The notes beneath the pieces are model-generated. The model saw only the letters and a program-made list of their open reading frames with translations, was not told the origin of the DNA and made no database searches. The translations under genes and the position numbers were made by a program. DNA of 64,000 nucleotides, from the NCBI GenBank assembly GCA_016618085.1, contig JABLTG010000017.1, forward strand, positions 62,001-126,000. Direction: 5' to 3'. Below are positions 27,112-39,634 of this stretch, in pieces. Source of the stretch: Neovahlkampfia damariscottae (taxonomy: Eukaryota). Numbering within the stretch: position 1 is the stretch's first letter; every line of letters starts with the position of its first letter.

Positions 27112-27573
27112 ATGCAAAACATCATAGACAAAATTAACAAAGATATAAGTAAACGATCTGACAGTCCAGAATTTGCATTCACTCAAGGAGAACATTATTT
27201 TTGGGGTGAAGACGTGTTTCCTGGTACTAAAAATTTTTTTGTAATTGTTTTACCAAAAAGGAAGACCAGGTGATTACTATTATTCCATCCAATGGCAGAA
27301 CCTGTAAATAATGGAATTAGATTGATTTGTGAAGAGTTGGCTGTTGACATTTTTCATCCAGAAGGATTTTATTTAGATGCTTTTAAATTAACATGCAATG
27401 CAACATCAATTGATATTCATCCTTTGAAAAATTTTGATGGAAAAAATAAAAAGTATGTAATTGTATCAACAACACATCACCAAAAAAAGGAAAACAAGCA
27501 ATTCATCAATAAAATAGTCTATCAATTTATTATCGACAAAAGTGGTATGAATCTCACTGAAAAACCAAATTGA
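27112..27573 (+). pseudogene. Small gene with an apparent frameshift, or a sequence error
   Basis: MQNIIDKINK...EDVFP|GRPGDYYYSIQW needs a frameshift to continue into EPVNNGIRLICEELAVDIFHPEGF. A CCAAT box lies upstream. Confidence 0.35.
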
Positions 27574-27695
27574 CCAATTTTTAAATGTTATTTTTAACCA
27601 CATAATCACTTTTCTGAATGCTTCCGTGACAACAGCAAATGGTGTTACATTCAATTTATTGTTCTGTTTTGTTTTTGAAGAACCAATCAAAAAGT

Positions 27696-29870
27696 ATGGA
27701 AGAAAGTGATTTTGCTTTATTTGCTCAAATTACCAACACAAATGAAGAAGAAGCAAAAAAATATCAGAACTATGGATACAATCTACAAGAATCTGTTGAA
27801 CTATTTTTTTCAAATCCAATACCTGAAGAAGTTTTAGTTGAAGAAAATGTTGTTGATTATTCCAAAACATTTACGATGAAGTTTGATAAATTTAACGAAG
27901 TTATGTCAAAAATGACTCAAGAATCGAAGTTTCCTTTCAGTTGGAAAAACACAAAATTCACAAATAAGAAACAAGAAAATCAACGACAAATGAACACTTT
28001 TTTTTGTTGGAGTTTAATTCAAAAAAATAATGTTTTGGTTAAAGTAACTGATAATTATTCCATTGTAAATTCGGTTTATGAATTTAATTTGAAAACAAAA
28101 TCATTTAAATTGAAAAATTCACAAGTCTTAGAAAATTTTAACTCCGCCTATGACACAAATAAAGTGCTTAGCATTGAAGGTGAAATATATTTGGTGTCAC
28201 AAACAACAGCTTATTATTCCGAAGCTAATTTTAAAATTGAAAAGTTATCAAACAATGACGAGAAAATATTCATTTTTAAAACACCAATGGTCAATAAATA
28301 TGATATTGTGCATGAAATATTATCTTACCAAAAAAAGATTTACATAATTTTCAGTAAATTCAAAATTTTTGAAGTAAGAAAAAACCTAATTTTTTTACAT
28401 TAAAAGTGTGACTTGGAATCATTACGATTTCATGAATTCCAAATTGAAGATTATAAAGATCATCATTTTGATGTTATTCTTCAACATAAACAAAATATTT
28501 ATTGCTTCAAGGAATCAGAAAACAAAATTTTTGTGTTTTCTTTATTAGACCAAACAACGAAAATTTTGAATTCAAATATGAAGTTTCAATTTTCAAATTG
28601 CCTTCCTTTTGCTTGGGAGAATTATATTTTCTTTTTTTCTGAACATAATTTTTGGTTATTCGATATTGATTTACAATTTTGGAATTTAGTTGATTATTTT
28701 GGTACTACACCTCGAAATAATAGTTTTTTAATCCCATTTTATTATGAAAAACATATTTATTTTTTTCCAGAAAGTTGTAATAACAACACAAATATAGAAT
28801 ATTTGAACTCAATTTCACTTGACGATATTTTCATTTCCAGAGGAAAATTTGAAAAATTAACAACATCAAACATCAATACAGATGTAAAAGTTCATATGAG
28901 TCAGTATAAATCAATGAATTTCCACAAATGCGTCTTGAATCAAAGTTCATTTTTGAAAAAATTGATTGATGACTCAAATGAAATAGATTTGAAAAAATGG
29001 CCATATCCAGTTACAATTGAAGTTTTTGCTTATTTATATACAAATAGTTTCGCAACTAAAGATTTAAATTCACTCCTTCAATTGATTTCTTTGTCACGAA
29101 AATTGGAATTGATTGAAATGGAAAAAATGTGTTATATTAAATTGAAAAAGTTTTTGTCAACACAAAATTTGTTGTCATTATACAAAGATTCAGGAGATAA
29201 TCAAAATTTGAAAATCTTATTATCAGCTTTGATTTTGGACAATCTTTCATCCTTTTCTATTAATAAAGAATTGGAAGATACCTATTCACAAAGAAATAAA
29301 CTACAAATCCCAAAGGGATTGAATACCAATGAGTATTTTCAAAGAATCATGAATCATAACCAATATCATGATATTCACGTTCAAACAAGTGATGGAAAAA
29401 TGTTTACTGCGAATAGATTCATTTTTAGCTTGTTCACAGATTATTTCGATGAATTTGACAAGAAAGAAATACCATTTGAACTGAAATCATTAGAATTGAC
29501 CTATAAATCATTGTTTCAAAAACAATTCAATGATCTTTCTATTGATGAAATTTTAACAATCTTAGACATTTCGAAATTCATCAAAATATCAACTTTGATG
29601 AAAGAATTAACTGAATTCTTGGTGGATAATATTAACAACTCTAATGTTACTGATATATTTATTTGGACAAAAAATGTTGTTTCATTTCAGTCAATTCAAA
29701 AACACTGTGAAAACTTCATGAAGAATTCGACTACAAAATTGTCAACTGTGAAATTATCACAACAACAAAATATAATAGAATCTAAAATCATTGGAATTAA
29801 AAAAAAATTAAATGAAGTTCAGTCAAACAATGAACAATTGATTTCTCTTGTCAAGCGAATGAAGGAGTAG
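27696..29870 (+). CDS. UBA-like + degenerate Kelch + two BTB-like domains + coiled coil, paralogue
   Basis: FALFAQITNT...LQESVELFF; FHKCVL; FTANRFIFSLFTDYF; one intron near 28375-28405. Confidence 0.75.
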
Positions 29871-29906
29871 ATCATTAGTGGAAATTGATTGATAATATTT
29901 GTTTTA

Positions 29907-30170
29907 TTATTTTGTTTGAAGGATTATTTCATAAATATTGTTTTCTTTTTTCAATTGAATACATATCGTTATATATGTAGAAATTTCTCTGATAAATTTG
30001 AAATATTTTTTAGGAATCCATTCAATTTCTTTATCTGCTTTCAATCCCTGGGATACATATTTGATGTCTTTGTTATGTTGTTCTTTCACTGCTTCCAAAA
30101 ATACTGTTCTTTTTTTTTTCTGATTGAAATTCTATTTCTTAATCATTTTTATCTGCTAATATTATCTGCT
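29907..30170 (-). pseudogene. DUF4116-repeat protein C-terminal remnant
   Basis: LEAVKEQHNKDIKYVSQGLKADKEIEWIPKKYFKFIRE resembles a DUF4116 repeat and the C-terminus of 41370-43368. The upstream sequence is full of stops. Confidence 0.4.
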
Positions 30171-30301
30171 AAAATATGATTAAAACCTTCAAAGTTAATT
30201 TTTTTTGGATTATAACTTCTCTTGTTGAAAACTCAATACGTCACTTAAATTTAAGCCAATCATTTTTCTCCTCATTTTTTATATAAACCTTTGTTGTTCA
30301 C

Positions 30302-32870
30302 ATGTCCTCAGATAATGTTGATGCGTTTATGAGTATAACAGGATCTTCAAAATCAAAAGCTATTCAATTGCTCACCGTTTTTCAAGACAATTTACAAATT
30401 GCAGTTGAAAATTATTTCGAACAAAGTGAACAAGGTATTTTAGACGAACCACTGGAAGAAGAGGAAATACAAATCATTGAACAAGAAGAAAATATTAAAA
30501 ACTATAAACCTTTGAACCTAGATTACTCAGAACAAACTGGAGTTTTTAGTTCTGCTTATAAAATAGATTTGGATTGGTCAGAAGATGAACAATCACCAAA
30601 ATCAGAACATTCTTCAGAAAATGGATTAAATGAACAATTAGAAAAATCCAATGAAGATAACCAATACTATAAACTCATTAAACAAACTGAAATCACATCA
30701 ACTTTACCATACACTATAGAAAACGTTGAATTAACAAACGAAAAGAATGAAACAATACCAAGAAGCCTCTTTCGTAAAATAATCAAAATAAAAAGTGAGG
30801 TTTTTGCTTTATGCTTTTTAGAGAATCCACTAAATGAAGATGATGTATTGGCACTTTTCAAAATTAATTTGACAACCAAAAAATATGAACCTACAAAGTT
30901 ACCTCAATTCTTTTCTGAAGATATAATGTCAGAGTCATTGTTTTTTACCCACTTACTGTCACACGACCAACAATTGTTCTTTTTTATTGGTGATATTGAT
31001 TCAAATAGCACCATGGTTTTTTCAATAATGATGAATCAAAATGTCAACAAAGTTTATACTTGTGGTGATAAACCTACTGGAACACCAATATGTGCTCTGT
31101 CTTCCAAGAATAGTGCTTACTTATTGATATTTGAACATGACCAATTTGAAACTTCTTTTAGTACAAATATCGCATTAGCAGAAGTAAGAAATTCATGAAA
31201 ATCAATTAACAAATATTAAAGTTCAGTTTTGAAAAATTCTCGTGGAAATTGAAAGATACTATTGGTTTAAATCCGATACTAAAGAAATACTCTTCTTATG
31301 AGTTGTATGATGGAAAAATTTATGTTTTTGGTGGTTTATCCTTTGATTCTGAAATGGATGAAGAGTTGTTGTCCCCAGAATTATATCAATTATCAATCTA
31401 TTCAAAAGAACCAACTTGGAATATTGTAAAACAGACTGGTGATATTCCATGTCACAGGTATCAACACGGATCATGTATATCTGAAAATTCATTATTCATT
31501 TTTGGTGGATATGTAAACAATAAACAAAATTTATATTTGAAACTTAATAGGGATTTGAGAGCAAATACAAAATCAACAGTTTACGTGATTTGTATCAATT
31601 CAATCTAGAAACTTTAATTTGGAAAAAAATTGAAATTGGAGGTGAAAAATTGAATGAAATTTGTTTTTTTCACACTCTTCTTCATGATGATGTTTTTTAC
31701 TTATTTGGTGATGTTGAAGATTCAAGTGATAGTTTTCAAATAGAAGATTCAAATATTTTCAAAATCAATTTAGAAAAAACTAATTTTCGAATTTCAAATT
31801 TCAAAAAACTTTTTGATGATCAATTATATATTGATTTCAAATTTGAATTTGAAACGGGAGAATCATTAAATGTTCATAAAATCATCATTTCACAAAATTT
31901 AAAATTGAAAGATTTAACAAAAGATAAAGAAACAATGAAGGTTAATTATGAACATCAGTGTTTTAAAAAAGTTATTCAATATTTATACACAAAAGAATTA
32001 AAAATTGATTCAATGAATGAGTTGATAATCATTTTAGAAATTTGTGATGATTTTGAAATGTATAAAATTCAAAGAATTTGTTTCTCAAAATTCAATCAAT
32101 TTATCAATGAAAATAATGTCCTTTTCACTTTAGAAAACTCCAAAAAAAATGAAAATCTGAAAAAACTTTGTTTGAGTTTCATTAAATATCAATCAAAATC
32201 AGAAAAATTGAAACAGACAATTGACAATTTTGAAGAGTCAAATATCCAAAAATTTGAATTATCCTTCAAAAATGAAGAAGAAATTTCTTTGGATCATCAT
32301 TTAAAAAATTGTCTTAATGAGTCAATTTTAGTGAATTTGGTCATCACAACACATGATGAAAAACAATTTAAAGTGCATAAAGAAATACTTTGTATTTTCT
32401 CTGATTATTTCAAAGGAATGTTTTCAGGGAATTATTTAGAACAACATGTCAAAGAAATACAATTGGATGAAGTTGAATCGGAAGTATTTCATTGGATAAT
32501 TAATTTCATATATCAAGATGAACATCCATTATGTGAAGAATTAATTTTAATCTTAGATATTATACGCATTTCTGATTTGTTATTAATCAGTTCATTAAAA
32601 CATGCTTATATTCAGCATTTGAAGGAGAAAATTACTTATCAAAATGTTGTTGAGATTTTAAGTTGGAGTGATGAGTATAACATTTTAGAAATTAAAGAAA
32701 AGTGTCTAGAAGAAATGTCACATTCAGAAGATCATTTATCAATGTTGGATTTGAGAACAAAGAATATAATGTTACAAAAACAAGTCATACATTTAGAATC
32801 TCAATTGGATACTGTTATCAAAGATCAAAAAGAAATGTTGGAATTATTAAAAAAGAAAATGTCACAATAA
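30302..32870 (+). CDS. UBA-like + Kelch + two BTB domains + coiled coil, paralogue
   Basis: VDAFMSITGS...LQIAVENYF; IYVFGG, PCHRYQHGS, LFIFGG; FKVHKEILCIFSDYFKGMFSG (clear BTB); two introns. Confidence 0.85.
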
Positions 32871-32880
32871 ACTTTATCTA

Positions 32881-34449
32881 TTATATTTCATCATCTGAAA
32901 TTATAATTTCCTCCGGTTCGAACTGTTTTAGGAACTCAACTTTTCTTTCTAACTCTTTTAATTCCAGATCTTGAGATTCACAAATTTTTTTCAAGGCTTC
33001 AATTTGTCTATCTTTTTCATCTGTCAAATGTTCATCTTTTTTGATGAATAATTTTTCTTCTTGTTTCACAATATAAACTTTTTTGATGGATTGATTTTCA
33101 TTCGTTGTTTTTTTCAAAGATTCAATTTCCTTTTTCAATTGTTGATTTTCATTTTTTAATGATTCATTATATTTTTTTTGTGCAACTAAAGAAATCATAG
33201 GGTCTTCTCCATCAAAATATTTTTCCATTTGTTTAAAGAGTATTTCAATTTCTTTGATGAATTCAGAAAGATCAACTTTTGCTATTAATCCATTTTTGAT
33301 AGCATCAATGAGAATATTTCCACTGTTTCTAATTCTACAATTCTGAAAATTAATGACTTGATCAAACTCTTCGATAAATTCTGATTTCTGATTGGATGAA
33401 GACCATTCATGGAATAAATCTGCAATTACAAGTCTTTCAAGTGCATCTTCATTCTTTTTTGGATATCTTTCCATTTTTTCACCTGTCAATTTTAAGATAT
33501 ATTTTTTTAATCCAAGACTCAATTTCCCATTTTTTTTCGCTTCACTTATTCGATTGTGGAACAATTTTTCACAAAATTTCTTCATCAAATTTGGATTTTC
33601 TAATATTTTTTTAACTTCTTCGTTTGTTGATTTTTTTATATTTTGAATTGCAATCTCATCAAAATCGATAACGTTTTCTTTTTTTTGAATGTAGTTTTTG
33701 AAGGATTCTTGAAATGTAAGAAAAAATTCGAATTTTTGATCTAATGATATATCTAAACTATTGAAATATTGAATTGGAGCTTTGATGAATTCTGTTAAAT
33801 TTGGTTCAATTTTCTCTTCGTCATTTGATTGGTTCTTTTCCTCCATGGATTCATCTTTTTCTTCATGAATAACAGGTTTCTTTCTTGGAGGTTCTTCCTG
33901 TTCAACAGTATTATATGGAAAATCTCTTTTGATATTCGGATGTTGTGGTAAAAATTGATATTGTGGTATTTGATAATTTGGTATGAACCCAGAATTCAAA
34001 TACATCAAATGGTTAGGTATATTCTCTAGATTTAGTTTGTTCTTCGGAGAATTTTTACTGGCAGAAAATATTTCATAATTTTGAACATATTGAGAATAAG
34101 TTTCAAATCCTCTTTTTTGAACATCTTCAACACAAGATTTAAATTCAACAAATAATTCATTTTGTACAAAATCCATATTTACAATTTCTTCAAAAAGTGA
34201 ATCTATGTCTTTTTGTAACTCATTGAATTGTTCTTCTGTTTTTATAAATCTTTTGAAACCTGATTTAAACATTCCAATAAGTAATATGGAACCTCTTGAA
34301 GAATTACATTTTGGATTAAAGTCTAAACATAACTTTAAAGATTCTTTTTGTTTGTCTGGATGTGTTAAAAATTTATTTGAACTGTGAACATTGATCATTT
34401 TTTTACCAAGTTGTGATGAATAATTTTTGAAATCAAAAGGTGCACTCAT
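32881..34449 (-). CDS. Uncharacterised two-domain protein, paralogue A; C-terminal domain shared with the microexon ankyrin gene
   Basis: Intronless ORF. Likely start MSAPFDF follows a CCAAT motif. NLS-like PPRKKP and a coiled-coil end. Confidence 0.8.
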   Translation of the reverse strand: MSAPFDFKNYSSQLGKKMINVHSSNKFLTHPDKQKESLKLCLDFNPKCNSSRGSILLIGMFKSGFKRFIKTEEQFNELQKDIDSLFEEIVNMDFVQNELFVEFKSCVEDVQKRGFETYSQYVQNYEIFSASKNSPKNKLNLENIPNHLMYLNSGFIPNYQIPQYQFLPQHPNIKRDFPYNTVEQEEPPRKKPVIHEEKDESMEEKNQSNDEEKIEPNLTEFIKAPIQYFNSLDISLDQKFEFFLTFQESFKNYIQKKENVIDFDEIAIQNIKKSTNEEVKKILENPNLMKKFCEKLFHNRISEAKKNGKLSLGLKKYILKLTGEKMERYPKKNEDALERLVIADLFHEWSSSNQKSEFIEEFDQVINFQNCRIRNSGNILIDAIKNGLIAKVDLSEFIKEIEILFKQMEKYFDGEDPMISLVAQKKYNESLKNENQQLKKEIESLKKTTNENQSIKKVYIVKQEEKLFIKKDEHLTDEKDRQIEALKKICESQDLELKELERKVEFLKQFEPEEIIISDDEI

Positions 34450-34617
34450 CCTCTGTTTGAAATAAAGTTTGAGTTTTTGACCAATTAGAATTGTTGGTTC
34501 TCTGATTGATTTCATTGTTCCAAAAAAAACGACAAATTGTGTGTGCTCTTTAAATGCTATAAATAAAAAAGAAGTTACAACAAATTAATGTGTCATTCAG
34601 AATTCATATTTTTATTG

Positions 34618-36168
34618 TTAATCATTATCATCATCTATTAATATAAAATCAGGTAAATTAAGAAGTGAAGATTGTTGTTGTAAACTTTGAATCAACTCAT
34701 CTTTTTTCAAAAATGTCTCTGTCAATTTATTGATAGTTTCATCTTTCTTTATTAAATCATTCTTCAATTTCTCATTTAATATAGATTCTTGTTCCTTTTC
34801 AATGAATAAAGTCATTGAATTAGGTTCTACTTCACAGTCAAAATATTTTTCCATCATGGAGAAGAATTTACCGACAATTGGATAAAATTCAAAGAAATCA
34901 ATTGGTTCATTGATTTTTCCTTTTTTAATTTCAAAATAAAGAATAAATTTTCCAATTTCCTTTTTGATTTTGTTTTCAAAATCAATCATTTTATCTAATT
35001 CTTGAATAAATTTTGACTTCATTGAGCACCAATCAGAAAACACATCACCTAATATCAACTGTAAGCATTCATCTTCTGTAAAATTTGGGAATTCTTCATA
35101 TTTTTTCAAAGTGATATCCATGATATACTTTGAAAACTCCAATGAGATTTTTCGTTCTTTTTTTGCAGTATTCAATTTTTCAATGAACAATTCTTTGAAA
35201 TATTTACGTGATGAATTTTGATTTTCTAAAAGGTTAATTATTTGTTGATTTGTCGATTTTTCAATATTTTTTGCAACTATTTGATCAATTATTTTAAATG
35301 CTTCATCTTCAGAAATACTTTTTTTTTCATTATATTCTTGTATGGTTTTTTTGAATGACTGGTACAATTCTTTCTTTTCTTCAAATGAAATTTTTAGATT
35401 TGGGAAGTAAGCAAATGGTGCATACATAAAGTCATGTAATTGTTGACACTTTGAATTCTCAGGTTTGCAGTCAACGATTGGTTGAATTCTTGTTATTTTT
35501 CCAATTTCAATTCCATTGTTATTTTCCATTTTTGAAGATGTTTGTGTCGATAAACTGGTTTGGTTATTCAATTTGATCTTTTTCTTTTCATTTTCATAAT
35601 TTACATCATCAATTGAAAAACTCCTTTTTAAATTTGACATCAATTGTTGTTGAATAGGATAAACACCAGCTATAGGTTGGTGTTGTTGTAACTCGTATAA
35701 ATATGAGTTTTGTGGACCTTGAAAATTGAAAGAATTCTGTTGCTGTTGAAGTGGAATAAGTCGTGAAACATTTTTTGTTTTTGGAGCACTTGAATTATTT
35801 GATTCAAAATTTTTGACAAATAATGAATATGCATCATAACCATCATGTTTTAACTGGTTCAAACACTCTTTAAAAACTCTGGATGCGTCATTGTCAAAAA
35901 AAGACATTTTTTCAACTTCAAGAATTGCTTTATCAATATTTTGTTTGTAAAGTTGAAATTTTTCAGGTTTCTTGATATACATAGGTTTGCCAAATAATTT
36001 TGTGGTTCCAAATAATAATATTGGACAGTTATGTTTTGGATTAAAAGATAGAAATAATTTTTCATCTTTTGTACTGACAGTTTCAGTTGAAGTCCAAACT
36101 ACAATCTGTTTTGTTCCTAATGGACGATCTGAAGCAGTGTGAAAATTAAAAGGTATGTTTGTGTTCAT
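34618..36168 (-). CDS. Uncharacterised two-domain protein, paralogue B
   Basis: Intronless ORF aligning by eye to paralogue A (PFNF..LG.K.I.V, L.FNPK.N, FKECL..L...G...YS.FV.NFE, MEKYFD). Gln-rich linker. Confidence 0.8.
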   Translation of the reverse strand: MNTNIPFNFHTASDRPLGTKQIVVWTSTETVSTKDEKLFLSFNPKHNCPILLFGTTKLFGKPMYIKKPEKFQLYKQNIDKAILEVEKMSFFDNDASRVFKECLNQLKHDGYDAYSLFVKNFESNNSSAPKTKNVSRLIPLQQQQNSFNFQGPQNSYLYELQQHQPIAGVYPIQQQLMSNLKRSFSIDDVNYENEKKKIKLNNQTSLSTQTSSKMENNNGIEIGKITRIQPIVDCKPENSKCQQLHDFMYAPFAYFPNLKISFEEKKELYQSFKKTIQEYNEKKSISEDEAFKIIDQIVAKNIEKSTNQQIINLLENQNSSRKYFKELFIEKLNTAKKERKISLEFSKYIMDITLKKYEEFPNFTEDECLQLILGDVFSDWCSMKSKFIQELDKMIDFENKIKKEIGKFILYFEIKKGKINEPIDFFEFYPIVGKFFSMMEKYFDCEVEPNSMTLFIEKEQESILNEKLKNDLIKKDETINKLTETFLKKDELIQSLQQQSSLLNLPDFILIDDDND

Positions 36169-36357
36169 CAAAAGAACCAATGAAAACTTGATGAAATGAT
36201 CAATTATTATTGGTGCATTTTGAAGAAGAAATTGCATTGTTCATTTCTTCATTTTTTTATCTTATTTTCCATCAATTGAAAATAAAATCATTGGACAATT
36301 TTTGTTGACCCTCATTGGCTAATTTTTCCACAAAAAAAACGTTCACAAAAAGAGAAG

Positions 36358-37065
36358 ATGAACAGAATAGTTGTTTTGTGTTTGGTCTTTTTGATAACTT
36401 TTTATCAAACAACAGCTCTTGTTTGTAATTCAAAATGTAATGGTGGAACAGTTCCATGTGATACAGGAAATAACATTGTTGTTGTAGCTCAACTATTTAA
36501 TGGTGTATCATCAAGATATTATCCTTACTGTCTAAATGTTGATCGTGTACATGAATTAAGAATCAACGGAAGTAAAAAAAAAAAAAAAAAAATTAAAACT
36601 TAAAAAGGTTACTCATTTGTATCAACAGCACCAGCAATTCAAAAAGATTCATACGTTAAATTATGGGTTGAAATGGCAACCTCAACAAATACATCAGAGT
36701 CCTTCAAAGGTTTCATTTTTGACTCTACAGCACAAAACATGGTTTCTCCATATTTTTCATCATTCATTTCAATGACAGCTGGTTATTTTGATCAAACAGT
36801 TAATGTCACAAATAACATTAATTTTGAAACAGTTTGTACACTTTCAGCATGCGATTTGGATTACTCAAAAGGTTGTCTTGCATCAACTCATTGCTCAGCT
36901 CCTGTTGCATCAGTAACAGATAAAGATGTTAAAATTATGATTGGTTTTCAAGGTACTGATAAAAGTGCGAGATTTTTCACAAGTGCAAATTCATTACCTC
37001 ATAAATATAGATTCTACTCATTTTCAAATGTATACAATGATGTGGTTAATATTATTAAACCATAA
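36358..37065 (+). CDS. Secreted Cys-containing protein of unknown function
   Basis: Signal peptide MNRIVVLCLVFLITFYQTTA, several Cys, one intron near 36572-36607. Confidence 0.75.
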
Positions 37066-37141
37066 AATAAAAAAATTATTTTACTTTTAGTTTTTTAATT
37101 AACAAATCAATTTGTTCGGATTAATTTTCCGTCAACTTGTA

Positions 37142-38122
37142 ATGGGAAACAACAGTGGAAAGTTTGGATTCAGTTCAACAGCTGAAGAAGTATCAGAAGG
37201 CATTGATTTATCTGGTAAAGTTGTAATCGTTACAGGTTCAAATGCCGGAATAGGATTTGAAACAGCTAGGTTTGAAAAAAAAAAATTGTTAAAAAAAAGA
37301 GTCCTTGCTCTTAGAGGAGCTCATGTGATCATGGCATGCAGATCAAAAGAAAAACTTGAAAAAGCTATTGAAGAAATAAAAGAAACCAACAAAGAAGCAA
37401 AACTCACTGGTTTATTATTAGACCTTGGTCATTTAGAGTCTATTCCAAAATTTGTTGAAGAATTTAAAAAATTAGATTTACCACTTCATATATTAGTAAA
37501 TAATGCAGGTGTTATGGGATCACAAGAACGAAAAACAACTCAAGATGGTTTTGAGTACATGTTTGGAATTAACCATTTTGGTACTTTCGCAGTTACAGTT
37601 CAATTAACACCTTTAATGATTAAAAATGCTCATGAAACTGGTAAAGAAGGAAGAATAGTAATACTATCAAGTCATGGACACAAAGGATTGGGAAGCGGAA
37701 AAATAAATTACGATGATGTTTACATGGAAAAGAAATATGACTATTGGGCTGGTTATGGTCAAAGTAAACTTGCTAATGTGTTATTTTGTAATGAATTAAA
37801 TAGAAAATTGAAAGATAAAAATATCACTTGTAATTCCGTTCATCCTGGTATGATTAAAACTGGATTTGTATCTGAAGAAGTCAAAGGAACAGTTACTTAC
37901 AAGTTGATTGACTTCTTTGGATCTTCTTTTTATAAAACTGTACAACAAGGTGCTGCCACTTCTGTATTTGTCGCATGTCGACCTGAATTAGAGGGAAAAG
38001 GTGGTTTGTATTTCAATGATTGTAAAGATGAATTATCAAATAGTTATTCAAGAAATGAAGAAAACCAAAAGAAATTTTGGGACTTCACTGTGAAAGAAAT
38101 AAAACTCGATTTGGAGATTTAA
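37142..38122 (+). CDS. Short-chain dehydrogenase/reductase (RDH12/WWOX-like)
   Basis: TGSNAGIG, NNAGVM, INHFG, YGQSK (YxxxK) and VHPG. A 30-nt in-frame intron lies at 37270-37299. Confidence 0.92.
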   Translation: MGNNSGKFGFSSTAEEVSEGIDLSGKVVIVTGSNAGIGFETARFEKKKLLKKRVLALRGAHVIMACRSKEKLEKAIEEIKETNKEAKLTGLLLDLGHLESIPKFVEEFKKLDLPLHILVNNAGVMGSQERKTTQDGFEYMFGINHFGTFAVTVQLTPLMIKNAHETGKEGRIVILSSHGHKGLGSGKINYDDVYMEKKYDYWAGYGQSKLANVLFCNELNRKLKDKNITCNSVHPGMIKTGFVSEEVKGTVTYKLIDFFGSSFYKTVQQGAATSVFVACRPELEGKGGLYFNDCKDELSNSYSRNEENQKKFWDFTVKEIKLDLEI

Positions 38123-39559
38123 TCATAATTTTTTTAATTCAACGATTACAGGTTTATCTGGAAGATTTCTGTTGAAATTTTGCATGCAATGTTTGACTGG
38201 TTTAATTTCATCTTTTAATGTTAAATCATATCTTTTGAAAATTCCAATCATTACTGGAAAAATTTAGTTCTTGAAACACGACTTACATGATTTAATGACA
38301 TTCAAAGCAATTGATTTTCCAGCACATGGATGTTTTCCTAACCCAAATGGGGCTAAAAGAGCATTATCTTTGAATCCATCAAATCGATAAGGATCAAATG
38401 ATTTACTATTATCCAAATGAGATCCTCTTCCATAAAATGGGTTAATAATAATGTTTCCTGAAGGAACCATATAATCACCAAATTGCATATCTTTCTTTAA
38501 AACACGTGCTCCAATTCCCAATAATCCAAAACGAACCGCTTCATAAATGGTCATTGTAGACACTGGCATTTTATTGGTCAAATAATCTAAATTCAATTCA
38601 TCAGGTGAATTATTAATTTCCTCCATAATATCAGATTTTAATTTTTCATTTTTTGACTGTAAAATATTGACGAATAACCAAAGAGTTGTGGCTGTAGTTG
38701 TAATTTGAGAAGCTATTAAATTATTAAAAATCAACATATTGACAATTTCATAAAGTTCACCATCTTCTTTCTTTATTTTTTTTCTAACATACTTTATTGT
38801 GTTACCAAGAATGTCATTTTGTTCAATATCATCTTTCATTCTTTGTTCAATAATTTTTTTGTAAATTTGACCCATTTTCTTATAAGCCTTTTGTGAATTT
38901 GTTTCAATTCCAATTTTCTTCATGAAAGTTTCTTTCAAAACATCTAATTTTGAATAATCACAAATCAAAAATAAATCAAGGTATTCCTTGTGATATTTTT
39001 CAAAGGCTTCATTCCCAGCAAAATTTTTTGTGTTTATGTGAAAAATTATTTTATAAATTTCATCAAATAAATTAATTTCTTTTTTATTTTTCCATTCTGT
39101 ATTAATGACTGATTCAATTACTTCTTGATTGTTTTGAAGCATAATTTGAAGTTGTTCAGTTGTATTGAACAGTTTATGCATCAAAATGAAAGGATTTATA
39201 TTTTCTGTTATTTGATTTAATTGTTTCATTGAAAATGGTTGCATTGGTTCAAGCATGAACTCTAAGAATTTTTGTGAGCTTAGAATTTTCTCAGAAGTAT
39301 TAAAGTAAGTTTTTAAATCATCTTCTTTGAAAATGAAAGTCCATTTATTTCCAGTGCAATAAATAGTGAAAACGTCACCTAACTCTGAACGTTTTTGATC
39401 AATAAAGTCCCATAAACCTGGAGCCATTAAGTTTAAATCTCCGAGGAATGGAAAAGTTCCTTTTGAAATTGGTGGTTCACCTTTTTGAACTTTTACACTT
39501 AAATAGTACCAGAGGAATAAAATTACAATTGAAAAAAGTGCAAGTAGGTGAAGAAGCAT
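38123..39559 (-). CDS. Cytochrome P450, CYP51/CYP7-clan-like (possibly sterol-related)
   Basis: N-terminal TM plus PP hinge, I-helix IASQITT, ExxR (EAVR), FDPYRF and heme motif PFGLGKHPCAG. One 3' intron. Confidence 0.9.
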
Positions 39560-39634
39560 GTTTAGCGACAAAACAAGATGGTAAATTTATCCGATTGGTT
39601 GGATTATTAATCTCCGCTTTTTTCCTCACAAGAA

